From Octopus vulgaris (Eukaryota): a stretch of DNA of 64,000 bases. Below the pieces are notes generated by a model, which had not been told where the DNA came from, searched no databases, and saw only the letters and a list, made by a program, of their open reading frames with translations. The position numbers were made by a program, and so were the translations under genes. Location of the stretch: NCBI GenBank assembly GCA_951406725.2, contig OX597829.1:7564001-7628000 (forward strand), written 5' to 3'. Below, piece after piece: positions 1-13,215 of the stretch (position 1 is the stretch's first letter; every line of letters starts with the position of its first letter).

Positions 1-567
1 CGCACACATACATACAAACACACATACATGCATACATACGCAGACATACATACATACTGATATACATTCATAGATACACAGACATACATACATACATTCA
101 TACATACATACATATACACACACATAAATACATACACACAGACATGCATACATTCATACAAACATACATGCATACATACATACATACATGCATACAGACA
201 TTCATACATATATTCATATATGCATACATACACACACACATACATAGATGCATACATACATACATACATACACGCACACATACACACACATATATACATA
301 CATAAACACACATACATACATACATACATATATTCATACATACACTCATACATACATACAGACATACATACATGCATGCATACATACATACATGCATACA
401 TACATACATATACACACAGACATACATACATACATGCACACATACACACACACATACATACTTGCATACATACATACATATACACACAGACATACATACA
501 TACATGCACACATACATACACACATACATACTTGCATACATACATACATACATACACACACACATAC
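1..567. repeat. Compound (CATA)n/(CA)n microsatellite with ~66-70 bp higher-order units
   Basis: Direct inspection; a unit containing ...cttgcatacatac... recurs at ~421-490 and ~491-560. The HTYI/MYVC ORFs here are artefacts. Confidence 0.95.
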
Positions 568-1085
568 ATTGTGGCTGCCCCCTCGTTATCGAATATGGCC
601 ATTGAACGAAATTTAATCAATGTTGTTATCGTGCAATGCCTGTGCAAGAAGATTTTTTTTAAAGTGAGGAAAGGCTGTGCACTGAGTCAATCCCACTCAC
701 TAAGCAACAGCAGCCATAATCCGAAAAGAAGAACAAGTCAACATCATCGGTAACCACTGAGCCGCAGGTTTTATGTCAGAGTTATCCCAGTTACCTGAGT
801 TACCTTCTCCTAGAATGATGCCCTAACAAAGGCTAGGAGTCCTTCAATCCCAATGGTTTAACCATGCGATCGGGTATTCAGTCCAATTATCTCTATGTCC
901 CCGCGCATGATACAGCCTTAAGGCATTTATTGGTTGGCCGTTGACTCTCAAGAGTTCCTCCGCCCTTTGATGGCTGTTGTTTTTCATCCCGCAGGGTGTC
1001 CAATAAACACCCTCCTCACCAACCTTAGTGGGGTTGCCGGTTTAATCGCCGACGACCGGACCATGCAACAGGTTGTACTTGGTTA
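568..1085 (-). mobile_element. GC-richer dispersed repeat resembling an RTE-LINE 5' UTR or RTE-derived non-autonomous element
   Basis: Minus strand has cctagcc...gggcatcattctaggagaaggtaactc, similar to the motif I recall from RTE 5' UTRs, plus several hairpins (agggtgtt/ggacaccct; ccggt/accgg). Embedded in microsatellite. Confidence 0.45.
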
Positions 1086-1850
1086 CATATATATACACAT
1101 ACATATATATATACATATATATATATACATAAATATATACATATATATACATATATATATATACATACATATACATACATACATATATATACATATATAT
1201 ATATATACATACATATATATACTTATATATATATAAACATATATATACATATATATATATACATACATATATTTATATATACATACATAGATATATATAC
1301 ATACTATATATATATATATATACATAGATATATATACATACATATATATATATATACATAGATATATATACATACATATATATATATATACATACATAGA
1401 TATATATACATACATATATATATACATACATACATAGATATATATACATACATATATATATATATATACATACATATATTTATATATACATACATAGATA
1501 TATATACATACATATATATATATATACATATATATACATACATATATATATATATACATAGATATATATACATACATATATATATATACATACATAGATA
1601 TATATATATATATATACATACATACATAGATATATATACATACATATATATATATACATAGATATTTTATGTTTTCCAGTTTCAGCTCTTGAGCTGTGGC
1701 CATGCTGGGGCACCGCCATATATACATATACAAACATACATATATATATATACACACATATATATATACATACATATATACATACATACACATATACATA
1801 CATATATACATATACATACATATATAAATACATACATACATATATATACA

Positions 1851-1886
<36 letters not shown>

Positions 1887-2390
1887 GGAAAAAAGCAACA
1901 AGAATGGATTAAAATCTCGGTACGATCGTTTCGTACGAGGACATCTTTAATAAGCTACAAAAAATGCAGTGAATACAGATGTATGTATATATATACATAC
2001 ATACATACATACATATATACAAACATACATATATAAATACATACATATATATACATATATATATATATATACATACATACATACATACATACATACATAC
2101 ATACATACATACATACATACATACACACACACATACATACATACATGCATACATACACACACACATACATACATACATACACACACACATATATACATAC
2201 ATACATACAGACATACATACACACATACATACTTACATACATACATACATGTATACATACATACATACATACATACACACACACATACATACATACTTAC
2301 ATCCATCCATCCATATATACATATAAACACACACACATCCATCCATCCATCCATCCATCCATCCATCCATCCATACATACATACATACAT
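1086..2390. repeat. (TA)n/(CATA)n/(CATC)n compound microsatellite with short SINE and PLE fragments at ~1661-1717 and ~1887-1981
   Basis: Direct inspection. Confidence 0.9.
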
Positions 2391-3692
2391 GGATTCCGTA
2401 ATGGAAGAGATTGCCTGACGCAGCTACTGCATCATTTTGATGACATTTTGAGAGCCTTGGGAGAGGGTTCCAACACTGATGTCATCTACCTTGATTCCAG
2501 CAAGGCCTTTGACAGGGTTGATCATAAGATCCTTTTGAGAAAGCTGTTCAATATTGGTGTCACTGGAAAGCTGCTGCAGTGGATCAAGTGCTTCCTGTCT
2601 AACAGAACCCAACATGTTGTAGTCGAAGGAGTCAAATCCTACCAGCCAAAGTTAGCAGTGGTGTCCCACAAGGCACTGTGTTGGGCCCACTTCTCTTCAT
2701 CATCTACATAAATGATGTTACTGACACCATCAAACACAGTAACATCAGAACCTTCACTGATGATTCCAAGCTCCAGATGGTCATCAATGGTGTGGATGAC
2801 CGAATAAGCCTTCAGTCAGACCTACTGGCTGTTGTCCAATGGGCGGAAAAGAACAACATGTTGCTAAATGAAGACAAATTCAAACTGATCCACTTTAGAA
2901 GGGAGGACGCTCTGAAACTCCCATACTCCCTTCCTTCTGGAGAAATTCTCATGGCATCCAACAACATCAGAGACCTGGGAGTAACAGTGGACAACAACAT
3001 AAGCTGGGCTACACATATAAGCAGCAAAGTTGATATGGCCCGCAGAATGTGTTCCTGGATTATCAGAACCTTCCAGTCGAGAGATTCCCACGCTATTATC
3101 CTTCTCTTCTCCACTTTTGCCCGACCCCACCTTGAATACTGCTGTCCACTGTGGTCTCCCTACACAAAGCAAAATATTATGAGAATTGAAGCTCCCCAAA
3201 GGTCAATCACGAAAAAGATAGATGGCATGTCAGACCTTGACTACTGGGGTAGACTAGAGAAGCTGAAACTGTATTCACTCCAACGACGCCGTGAACGCTA
3301 CATTATCTGTATGATGTGGAAAATATTCCATCAGCACTGTCCGAATGATGTTGACATCACCTTCAAAATACATCCAAGGCTTGGACCACGTGCCATCCGT
3401 CCACAACAAAAATCTAAATCGCATCACATAACGACAATACGGCACAATTATTTCACCTCAATTGGACCCACTCTCTTCAACATTACACCAGGACACGTCA
3501 AAACAGAAACTGACCACACAAAATTCAAGAAGTCTTTGGACAAATTCCTTCAAACAGTCCCGGACAAACCACCCACACCTGGATATGTCTCCGCAAACAA
3601 TAACTCTCTGCTCGAATGGGCCTCAGACTTCGCCAGGTGGTGCTATAAAGTTAGACATGGCCTGGGCCAATACTGGCCAAAACCTTTCTAAG
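2391..3692 (+). mobile_element. 5'-truncated non-LTR retrotransposon (CR1/L2/Jockey group), RT and C-terminal region
   Basis: [48 protein letters not shown] (YADD-like), RPHLEYCCPLWSP, LYSLQRRRER. One frameshift near 2640. Confidence 0.92.
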
Positions 3693-3930
3693 TTATATAC
3701 ATATATACATACATACACATATCCATCCATCCATCCATATATACATCCATCCATACATACATACATACATACAAACATACATACATGTATGTATGTATGT
3801 ATGTATGTATGTATGTATGTATGTATGTATGTATGTATGTATGTATGTATGTATGTATGTATGTATGTATGTATGTATGCATGCATGCATGTATGTATGT
3901 ATGTATGTATGTATGTATGTATGTATGCAT

Positions 3931-3963
<33 letters not shown>

Positions 3964-3975
3964 TACACACATACA
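3693..3975. repeat. (CATC)/(CATA)n switching to (TATG)n and back to (CATA)n
   Basis: Direct inspection; strand switches at ~3785 and ~3928. Confidence 0.95.
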
Positions 3976-4024
3976 TGACATGACTAAATGAAATAACATT
4001 GTATTTATTTTCATTTATGCCCAG

Positions 4025-4142
4025 GTTCTAACCCATGCTGCAGCAACATTATTTATTTTGCAACCTGGGCTGCAGTAATGGTGTGCACCCAACACACTTC
4101 TCTGTCCAACATCACTGCCTCGATGTCCTGGATACATTCAAA
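4025..4142 (+). CDS. Putative internal exon of an unidentified plus-strand gene
   Basis: Acceptor tttattttcatttatgcccag|, donor AAA|gtgagt. The phase 1->2 frame is open: SNPCCSNIIYFATWAAVMVCTQHTSLSNITASMSWIHS. No family recognised. Confidence 0.3.
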
Positions 4143-4232
4143 GTGAGTGTCTGTGGTCAAGCTGTCAATGTAGGTGTGACAACATTTTCTTCTGCCAAAA
4201 GTTAACAAGTAACAACATTGTTTCATGCTTTC

Positions 4233-4372
4233 TATTATTATTATTAATTATTATTATTATTTATTATTATATTTATTATTATTATTATTATTATTTATTA
4301 TTATTATCATTATTATTATTATTATTATTATTTATTATTATTATTAATTATTAATTATTATTATTATTATTA
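4233..4372. repeat. (TTA)n microsatellite
   Basis: Direct inspection. Confidence 0.95.
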
Positions 4373-4454
4373 TGTTTTTGCTAATTGGTCTTTGAAATAA
4401 TAATGTCTGAAAATAGTATTTGAGATTTCCTCTTTCAGTCAGTTTCTGTAACAG

Positions 4455-4584
4455 GGTAAAAGTGCAGACATCAAATTTCTGGACAAAATATAAGGAAGAC
4501 ACATTTACATTCAAAAAATTGCTGAGTTGGATAAATCAATCGAAAATGGTCTTCCGAACTTTTAAAAAAATAAATAAGTTCTGA
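4455..4584 (+). CDS. Putative terminal exon of the same unidentified gene
   Basis: AG at 4453-54 (or 4441-42) accepts phase 2; reads VKVQTSNFWTKYKEDTFTFKKLLSWINQSKMVFRTFKKINKF*. Confidence 0.22.
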
Positions 4585-4829
4585 TTCCGTATATAACTGG
4601 TCGGAATTATCATAGATTAAAAATGCATTCCTTTGCACAGTTTGTGAAGACTTTAATATCAATTATTTAGTATCAATCATTTAATGTCTAGTTTGTTTAG
4701 CTGCTATTTAGCTGTTTGATTTAGCTGTATGATTTAGTTGCTATTTCTAGCAAATCAGACATTTTTTTCTAGCAGGTCCTTCTTTGGATCATAGCCACAG
4801 TAATATGTATGGAAGCACATCAGATCAGT

Positions 4830-6660
4830 CTAATTAGCTTCCATATTTGTTTGGGCTTGGTCACAGAAAGTAAGGAGCTTATAGACATTAGCAGCCAAAG
4901 CATGCCAAGCCAACCTTCCAGAAGCGGCTGGCAACAGATGGACCACCCTGACCAGTAAACAGCATCCCTTCGACAGAATGTAGAAAAGTAAATGCCTCAA
5001 TCTAGCCAAAAGTGGACCGGGGCAATGTATAATGGTCAAGCAGTAAGTAAGACCTTTCGGGAATAATTTCCTCGCAGTCCATTTCTGAGTGAGACTGGCC
5101 ACCCTGCTTATAACATCATTACAGTTCTGGTTGACCTGGAGGTCTGAACCAAACCAAACTCCAAACGATTTCAAAGATGTGTCTGTCCATCGACCTTTTA
5201 TGCTGTTTTTTGGCATAAACTCACCTCTCCAGTGGCTTAGCCACAAGTTTACTGACTTACCTTTGCTCCTTGTATTCTTTTAAAATGGAATCAATTACCT
5301 GAGCTTCCATGGTGTCGGACACCATTACACAGATGCCATCCATATATGCTGACACAGATTCCCTGCACCCCGGTTCTAAAGGAATGCTCCTCAAGAGTTC
5401 TAGTTTCCACAGCAAAGGCTCAAGCACCAGGATAGACTGAGTGCATGATTCTGAGAGGTGGTTGTTTACTTTGACCACTGAGCAAGTGCCACTGTGCATT
5501 ACTGTGATCCAGCCACTGAAAATGGGCCTGAAAGTGACTATTTTTAGAGCCGATCCCAAGTAGTGATGGTTGACCCTATCATAGGCTTTTGACTGATCCA
5601 CGTTGATCAGAGCTCCCACTGATACCAGATTTGTTACCCATCCACAGTATGATGTAACACATAAAATGGAGGTGGACATAAATGGATCTATTGTGGATCA
5701 CACATGTTTGGGCTTTTCTGACCAAACTATCTATGACAAACACTTCTTTGCTAATGTCTTGGCCCAAATTTTAAATTCCACATTTAGCAGAGTTATGGGA
5801 CAGAAATTGTCTATAAATCCTCTGTATTGGCATCCTTTATTCAGCAACATTAACACACCCCAACTCATAGAACGAGGAATTCTCCCATTTGTGATATGTT
5901 GCCAAGAGGTCACCAAACAACTGTAGAGTATAAACCCATGAAACCCATAAGGCCAACCAGACAAAACGGGTGATCTGTCCCTTGTTCAGTCACTCAATAC
6001 TTCTCATATCTCAGTTGCTGTTATTGACCTTGTGCAATGTCTTGTCTCTTCTTCCAAGATTCTCTGCAGGCTGTCAAGGTAAGCACTAAAGTCCATAACT
6101 GATTCTGTGTGACCTATTATTTTCTCTCAAGAGTTGAGCAAAGTGCTGCTGGAAATCTGCACTCAGATGTTTAGAACTGTTCATTATGTTCCAATCGTAA
6201 TCTTTCGTAGACTGAATTGTGTGTTTGTTGCCACTTGAGCCCATCAAACAGCTTTGGTTCCGTCTTGCTTTGCCTAGATAACAAAGCCATCATGTATCAC
6301 ATTGAAGGAATGATGAAGGGCCATTATTTCCACTAGTATGTTGGTTGTAATTGCTACTTGTAATTGCTTTGTCTAATTTACTAATTAGCTTCCCTGCTAA
6401 TCTATTTCTCTCTATCATTTGCTTTTTCCTAAATGCTATTGACTCATATTTAATTGCCTTCTTCAGGGTTCTTCAAGACCTGTTGTTGATTATTGCTCCT
6501 GTCAATGCCACTTAACCAGCTCTCTTATCTGGTCCCTATACTCTTTTCACATCAGGTAAGACAAGTTCAACTTCTACAGTTTTGTCTAAAGTGACCGTGG
6601 AAACCTCAAATTTGTGATCTATGCAGCCAACTAGTGTCAGACGTGGATATCCTGAAGTAT
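4830..6660 (-). mobile_element. Decayed L1/Tx1-type LINE ORF2 (RT) remnant
   Basis: FCPITLLNVEFKIWAKTLAK, ALINVDQSKAYDRVNH, VSAYMDG, FGVWFGSDL, in fragments with stops and frameshifts. Ends are approximate. Confidence 0.8.
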
Positions 6661-6774
6661 CTCTGTCAGCCAGCTTAACAAGAATTCTATCTCAGAACAA
6701 TCTAAACGACCCGTCATGACTGTATCGATTCTACAATGGTAGACTCAGAAAATCTAGTTAAAAAAAATAATAAT

Positions 6775-6990
6775 GCTTCAAAGTTTGACGTAAGGTTAGC
6801 AGTTTTGGGGGGAGGGGCATTACTTGATGCCACTGGCAACAGTATCTGACTGGTACTTTGATTTATTTGCCCCAAAAGGATAAAAGGCAAAGTTGACCTT
6901 CGTAGGATTTGAACTCAAGACTAAAAGAGCTGCAAGGAATACTGCAACTAGTTTTTCTGATGTACCAATGATTCTGCTAGCTCATCACCT
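6775..6990 (+). mobile_element. SINE (family repeated at ~10590-10785, 23750-23960, 38850-39040, 53268-53485, 63725-63815)
   Basis: Shared ...ctggtactt...gaccc..aaaggat.aaaggcaaagttgacc..g.ggatttgaactca core; tRNA B-box-like gagttcaaat on the opposite strand. Confidence 0.75.
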
Positions 6991-6991
6991 C

Positions 6992-7082
6992 TAGTAGTAG
7001 TAGTAGTTGTAGTAGTAGTAGCAGCAGCAGCACTAGTAGTGGTGGTAGTAGTAGTAGTAGTAGTAGCAACAGCACTGGTAGA

Positions 7083-7126
<44 letters not shown>

Positions 7127-7140
7127 CAGCAGCAGCACTG

Positions 7141-7171
<31 letters not shown>

Positions 7172-7224
7172 CAGCAGCAGCACTGGTAGGGGTGGTAGTA
7201 GCAGCAGCAGCGGCACTGGTAGTG

Positions 7225-7255
<31 letters not shown>

Positions 7256-7380
7256 AAGCAGCAACACTGGTAGTGGTGGTGGTAGTAGTAGTAGTAGCAG
7301 CAGCAGCACTGGTAGAGGTGGTGGTAGTAGTAGTAGTGGTGGTGGTGGTGGTGGTGGTAGTAGTAGTAGTGGTGGTGGTG

Positions 7381-7469
<89 letters not shown>

Positions 7470-7473
7470 GGTG

Positions 7474-7506
<33 letters not shown>

Positions 7507-7547
7507 ATAGTAGTGGTGGTGGTGGTGGTGGTAGTAGTAGTAGTAGT
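6992..7547. repeat. Compound (GTA)n/(GTG)n/(GCA)n trinucleotide array with higher-order units
   Basis: Repeating gcagcagcactggtagtggtggtagtagta blocks. The poly-V, poly-L and poly-YH ORFs are artefacts. Confidence 0.95.
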
Positions 7548-7559
7548 TCCTACTCAATC

Positions 7560-8450
7560 ACAGTAAATGGATAAGCAAATCAAAAGGCATAAAATCTTAA
7601 CCTTGGAATATTTCAAGAACATTTTTCTCTCTCCATTTTCTTCCATTTCTACTTCAGGCCTTTATATATTGAGTTCAATAATGCCAAACTAGGATGCAAG
7701 ACAGTAAGTCACCTTTTCTATATGCTAAAAATGATAGTGAGCTAGTGAGGCTTCTCAAAACAGTAAAAAGCTTTAGTGGTGACATGTATGGACATTGTCA
7801 TAGAAAATTGGGTAAAGACAACACTTGAGAATGGTAGAGTTACCCTCACATCTTTCATTGATCTTGTCATATCAACTACAATTAAGAAACTTAAACAAAA
7901 GAAAACGTATTAAGTGCTTTGTTGCCAATGAAGGTAGGAGAATACCACAGTCTTAATTGAAAGAAAAGATTAAAAATAAATATCACAGAAGAATAAGAAT
8001 TATCCTTAAAAGTTAGCTTAATTCATAAAACTGATTTATGGTAATAAATAGTCCAGTGGCATCAGCTTCACCATAATTAATTGCACACTGCAAGACATCA
8101 AAAGGATGGATGTGAAAATCAGAAAACTCCTCACATGATGCAATATGTACCATCTTAAAGGTGATCATTGGATGTCTATGCTTCTCTTGGAATGATATTA
8201 CAATTAACTGGATGGTGATCTCGGTTAAAAACCATGAAAAAAAAATCTAAGTACTTCGTCATAAAAGAGACTAAAAAAGTTTTAAGTGATTTCAAAAGAA
8301 ATTTCACCAAACTGACCTATACAAATAATCAAAACAAAGGCAAAAGAGAAGGGATTGGAATAAGCAGAGCAATGTTGGCATGATAAGCCCTTACATACAC
8401 TGACAAAGATGTTGACAAATTTCTCACCCATCATTATCTTTTTGGTCTTA
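7560..8450 (+). mobile_element. Highly decayed R4/Dong-like LINE fragment
   Basis: Residual similarity by eye to the post-RT region of the adjacent minus-strand element (cttaattcataaaac...ataaata...gatgtgaaaatcagaaaactcctcac). Confidence 0.45.
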
Positions 8451-8540
8451 TAATTTATGTTTCAAAGCTCAGGAAGGCAGTAGAATATTTTATTAGAGAG
8501 ATCACTTGTGTCTTTACTAAGAGTAATTATTATTATTATT

Positions 8541-10536
8541 GTTTTAATACTCAGAGTTCTAATTCTTGTTTGCTCTGGTTGATTCTGTATGAGCAGACAG
8601 CAGTCTGTTGTCAGAGATTACAAAGAGTCTTTTTTCTGCAAATTATAATCTATGATAATTGGTTGTTAATTATCATGGAAGCGATTCAACACACAAGTAT
8701 CAATCTCAAAATCCTAGCTGTTCCCAACGGAGTAATTTTGGGGGCTTGTTCTGCTTTCATATCAATTCTGATTTCTTGAATTTGTTTGTTAGCACTCTGA
8801 GTGCCCTTACAACTACTGGGATGGCAGACATTTTACTCATAGTCCACATTCTTGCAATTTCATCTTTTAGTAGTCTGAGGTTTTCAATTTTTTCTAGTTC
8901 TTTGTCACTTATGTATGCATCCCCAGGTATTGTAATATCTATAATCTTGTTTCCCTTTTTCCTTTTATCTACCACAACAATATCTGGTCTCCAAGGATCA
9001 ATTAGGGAGTCACATTGGATTGTAAAATCCCACAGTGTCTTATATTCCTTCTTGTTCAAGTTCATACCATTTCTGTTCTCTGTCCAGGTTGTACTTTTCA
9101 CTTAGTCCCCAGTGAACAAGCTTAGCCACGTTATCATGCCTCTTTTTGTAGTGCTTTTGGGCCAGCTTGTTACACTCACTCACAATATGTGTGTTTGTTT
9201 CATTTCTACTGCCACACACTCTACAAAGGGGTCATTCACTGCTCTTATCTATTTGCAACTTGGTGTCATTCATTCTCAGAGCTTGTTCCTGGGCCCTGCA
9301 TATCAATGCCTCAGTGCATCCTTTCAGGCCAATTTTTCTTGGTCACCTCCTCCCAGTGCTGTTCTTATCTTTTCCTTCGATTTCTCTGAGGTATTGTCCA
9401 TGCAGTGATTTCATTTTTGATTTCAATTGTCTACTCTTTCTTCATAAATGTTTGTGGGTGCATCACATTTTCAAAAAGTATTATAATGTTAATTCTAACA
9501 GCAACAAGCAAGGATTCACTCTGCTGTTTGATGTACCATCTCAGACTGTTCTTCTCATTAACAATGCAGATCTCGCATGTTCTGTGGCCCGTTCCACCCA
9601 TGTTCCTAGACACATACAGCCTGTCAATATTGCTTTTTGGCTGTAGTTCCTTATTAATTATTATCACTTTTCAGGTTTTCCTGTTCATTTCCTCAAGCTC
9701 CTTCATTGTCCACCTAACAACACCTGTGCCTTATCGCACTAAGGAAGCAGCCCATGTTTTCATTGCCCTGATCTTACTTTTTCCATTGAGTCTACTTCCC
9801 ATAATTAATTTGGTTCTTCTGAGATATTCTCACATAAAACTTTCCTTCATTTTGTTATATCCCAAAATACCCAGATATTTATTATATCCATCAGTGTCAA
9901 ATCCTTGATTTTCTCTGTTGGGAAGTTCTACACTATCAGACAACACTTTGTGTTTTGCTTTTATAGGTATCTCACACTTTTTGTCTTAAATTACATCATG
10001 ATATCCTTGTTGAATATCTGCACTGTTGAAACTAGGCCATTTATTTCATGTTCAGTCTTCCCAAATACCTTTAATTCATCCATACTTAACAGATGATTTA
10101 ATTTTCCCTCACTTTCCAAGGTATATCCCAATGTTACACTCAGTAGTATCTGTGTGAGGGGTATCATACAAATCACAGACAGCAATGGTGGTAGGCTCTC
10201 TCCTTGAGATATACCTCTCTTGATGTTAACCCTTGCCAAAAATTTTCCACATGAAATTAACCCTGTATTCCAGTTTTTCATTGATCTCCTAATAAAATTT
10301 GATATGTTATCAGACACCTGTTCCAGCTCAAAACTTTCTAAAATCCAGGAATAGGGGACCATGTCATATGCTTTCTTATAATCAATCCATACCATTCCCA
10401 GATTAGTAAGTCTTTTATTGCAATCGTTCGGTACCATTCTGTCTATCAGAAGTTGGTCTTTTGTCCCTTGGCTTTTCCTTCTGCATCCCTTCTGTTCCAC
10501 TGGCAGTTTGTCATTCATTTCCAGGAAGCTATACAC
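8541..10536 (-). mobile_element. R4/Dong-clade LINE (RT plus restriction-like endonuclease), decayed, 3' end in (TAA)n
   Basis: EQKGCRRKSQGTKDQLLID, WIDYKKAYDMVPYSW, GISQGESLPPLL, HLLSMDELK, IDRLYVSRNMGG, LWDFTIQCD..RPDIVVVDK..IIDI; (AAT)n at the 3' junction. Confidence 0.9.
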
Positions 10537-10809
10537 ATAACTACAGATTATTCTTGCTATTATTATTTCACACTATTATTGTTATTGAAGCTATGAACTG
10601 ACAGAATCATTAGAACTGGAATTTCATCTGTCTACAAGTTCTGAGATCAAATACTGCAGTGGTTAACTTTACCTGTCTTGTTTGGCAGGGTTCAATAAAA
10701 TAAGTACCAGTTGAATACTGGGGTTGATGTGATTGATTAATCCTCTCCCACCAAAATTTCAGGCCCTGTGTCAAAATTTGAAATCGTTATTATTATTATT
10801 ATTATTATT

Positions 10810-11381
10810 GAGTGAGAGAACAACACATACCATCAAAGTGACACAGGGGTACAAATATGAGTCCATCATGACTACATCTGATAAGGGTACCCTAGTCACA
10901 TGCATCACAACCATGTGTGCATGACATGGTGATCTCATATCAAGATAAACATCACATGACCTTGCAGGTGGGACCCAGTTAGAATTTTCTGTTGGTCGAG
11001 TAACCCATCCCGCTCAAAAGGTCAATGAATAAGGGTTGTTTAAGGATGTTGAACGAAATACCCATGTGTCGAGAGGTGAATTATTCAAACCCCAAAGAAT
11101 CCCTCTCAACACATGGTTATGATGCTCCCCCACTACTTCTGCTCGTGATCAGAGATGCACATATCGTCAGCCACTAAGGGACATGCTCAACTGGTTAAGG
11201 TCAAACAACTGACAAGCAAATCTCTGGTATTGAGCAGAATATTTGCTGTAGCCCATCTTTTATACCAAGACAAAACAATGTACATGATGACACTTCCAAT
11301 CAGTTAAGATCAGAAGCCACGAGAGCCACTGTCTGGTACTGAATTAGGATATAACCATTGCCTGGTACTGCATCAGAGCAT
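10810..11381. mobile_element. Non-autonomous dispersed repeat inserted in (TTA)n/(CAT)n; partial second copy at ~51600-51808
   Basis: 10861-11022 closely matches 51645-51808 (ccatcatga...ctgataagggtac...catgcatcacaacca...ggtgatctcatatca...catcccgctcaaaaggtc). Confidence 0.75.
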
Positions 11382-12160
11382 ATCATCATCATCACCATCA
11401 CCATCACCTCCATCACCATCATCATCATCATTATTTTAAGTTCAAACAAAAATACAAATTTGTCAGAAATGTATAGGAATTATTTCAACTACTTTTATGG
11501 ATGAACTGTTACTGGAAGCAGTTATTTGTATAGCAAAAACATAAAAATAAAACTGAAAACACTTCACAGATTCTATCAGAAGACAGTTGTAATGAGAAGT
11601 GAAAACAATCAAACTTATTGTCTCAAGCTAGTTTTTACTGATCAGGTCATGCAAGCATGATGAAGTAAATAGTTGAATTGACTGAGAAAATTGCAAACTT
11701 TTACCCAGTAAAAACAGAAAGCAGATGATATAAATAATTACCATATTCTGTAACTGCAAATGACCAATATTTACGGACGATTTTGTAGAAAACTGATGTC
11801 AAAATCATGTAAAACAACCCAAACATCATAGCTGAAAGTTTTCTGACAAAAATATGTTGTTTTTTATCAATATTTCAACAGCTTAGAAATATTTTGAACA
11901 AAACATTTCTTAGGAAAGAGTCTAAAAAACTAACAATGTTGGGATGTTGGAAAGTATTTAACACTAACAAAATAAAAACAATTTAGTGTGGTTTATAGAG
12001 TTGTTGGAAAACTAGGTTACATAAGCATAAATAATGTAAAGACTGTTTTTATTTTAATTGGAGCATTAGAATTAGAAGAAAATAAATTAGAAACATGGAC
12101 TCTTGGAAATTCCCATTTCTAGGCAGAATACAAATTCTTTGCAGTTCCACAATTTTAATC

Positions 12161-13215
12161 TATCGGGCCATCCCATGGATAATGTGGTTTTTTCAATTGC
12201 ATTAACTAAAAGTCAGAGTGGTGGTGGGGAGGATAAACTACCTGTATCAACTTGTTATAAAAGCTGGAAGTAATTTTACATTGTACTTATTCTTAGTACA
12301 AGTTTTGAAGAGTGCAGTTCAATTCTAACAGTTATTTTTTCAAAGCTATGACAAAGGAGCATATTCAGCATATTTTGCTTTATGAGTTCAATAAAGGCAA
12401 CAATGCAACAGAGCACGCACAGGAATATTAATGCAGTATAAGAGGATTAGACAATAAGTGTAACCCAGTGTCAATGGCAGTTCCAGAAATTCCGAGCCAG
12501 AAACTACAGCCTAGAAGACGAGCGTTGTCCTAGAAGATCTGTAGAGCTCAACAAGGACATCCTGCAAACCCTGATGGAACAAAACCCCAACGTAACTGTT
12601 GAGGAACTAGCAGAGAAGCTTGGATTTGGTCATTCAACCATTCACGATACCTGCATGCCATAAAAAAAGTCAGTAAATTGGGTCAATGGGATCCTCACAA
12701 ACTTTCCAAGTCTGATCGCACACAGAGTAAGGTGTTGCTATCTGTTTGGTTGGATACCATTTCATCCACCCAAACCAAACGATAACAAAGGAGATCTACT
12801 GCAAACAGCTTGAGTGGCACTAGAAGAAAACTGACCATCTTAGGTTTCAAGCCAAAAGGTGTTCTTCCGTCAGGATAATGCTTGGCCACATACAGCAAGG
12901 ATGACATTCCAAAGGCTGGAGCAGTTTCAATGGGAAACGATGCCCTATCCACTATATTCACTGGACATTGGCCCATCTGATAATCATTTGGATGGAAAAA
13001 ATATGAATTCTGTAGACGAGGTCAGAACAGTATTGGAGGAGTATTTTTTGTCACTGACAAGTGAATTTTGGAAGAGGGGTCTTGCAAGTCTACCAGATAG
13101 ATGGATGAGCATTGTAGAAAATGAAGGGGAGTATGTTTTAGATTAAAAAAAAAACTTTGTTAATCTTGATTTTGAAAAATAAAAGAAGTATAAAAAATCT
13201 GCATTATTTACATGA
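12161..13215 (+). mobile_element. Internally deleted mariner (Tc1/mariner) transposon
   Basis: MTKEHIQHILLYEFNKGNNA from 12348; QDNAWPH and PYPLYSLDIGPSD (YSPDLAPSD-like); degenerate TIRs (ataatgtggtttttt / aaaaaatctgcattat). Confidence 0.88.

Noticed and set aside
98-2418. Long HTYI/MYVC/YI ORFs
   Set aside because: Translations of stop-free microsatellites.
6977-7566. Poly-Val, poly-Leu and poly-Tyr/His ORFs
   Set aside because: Trinucleotide array; no splice or codon evidence.
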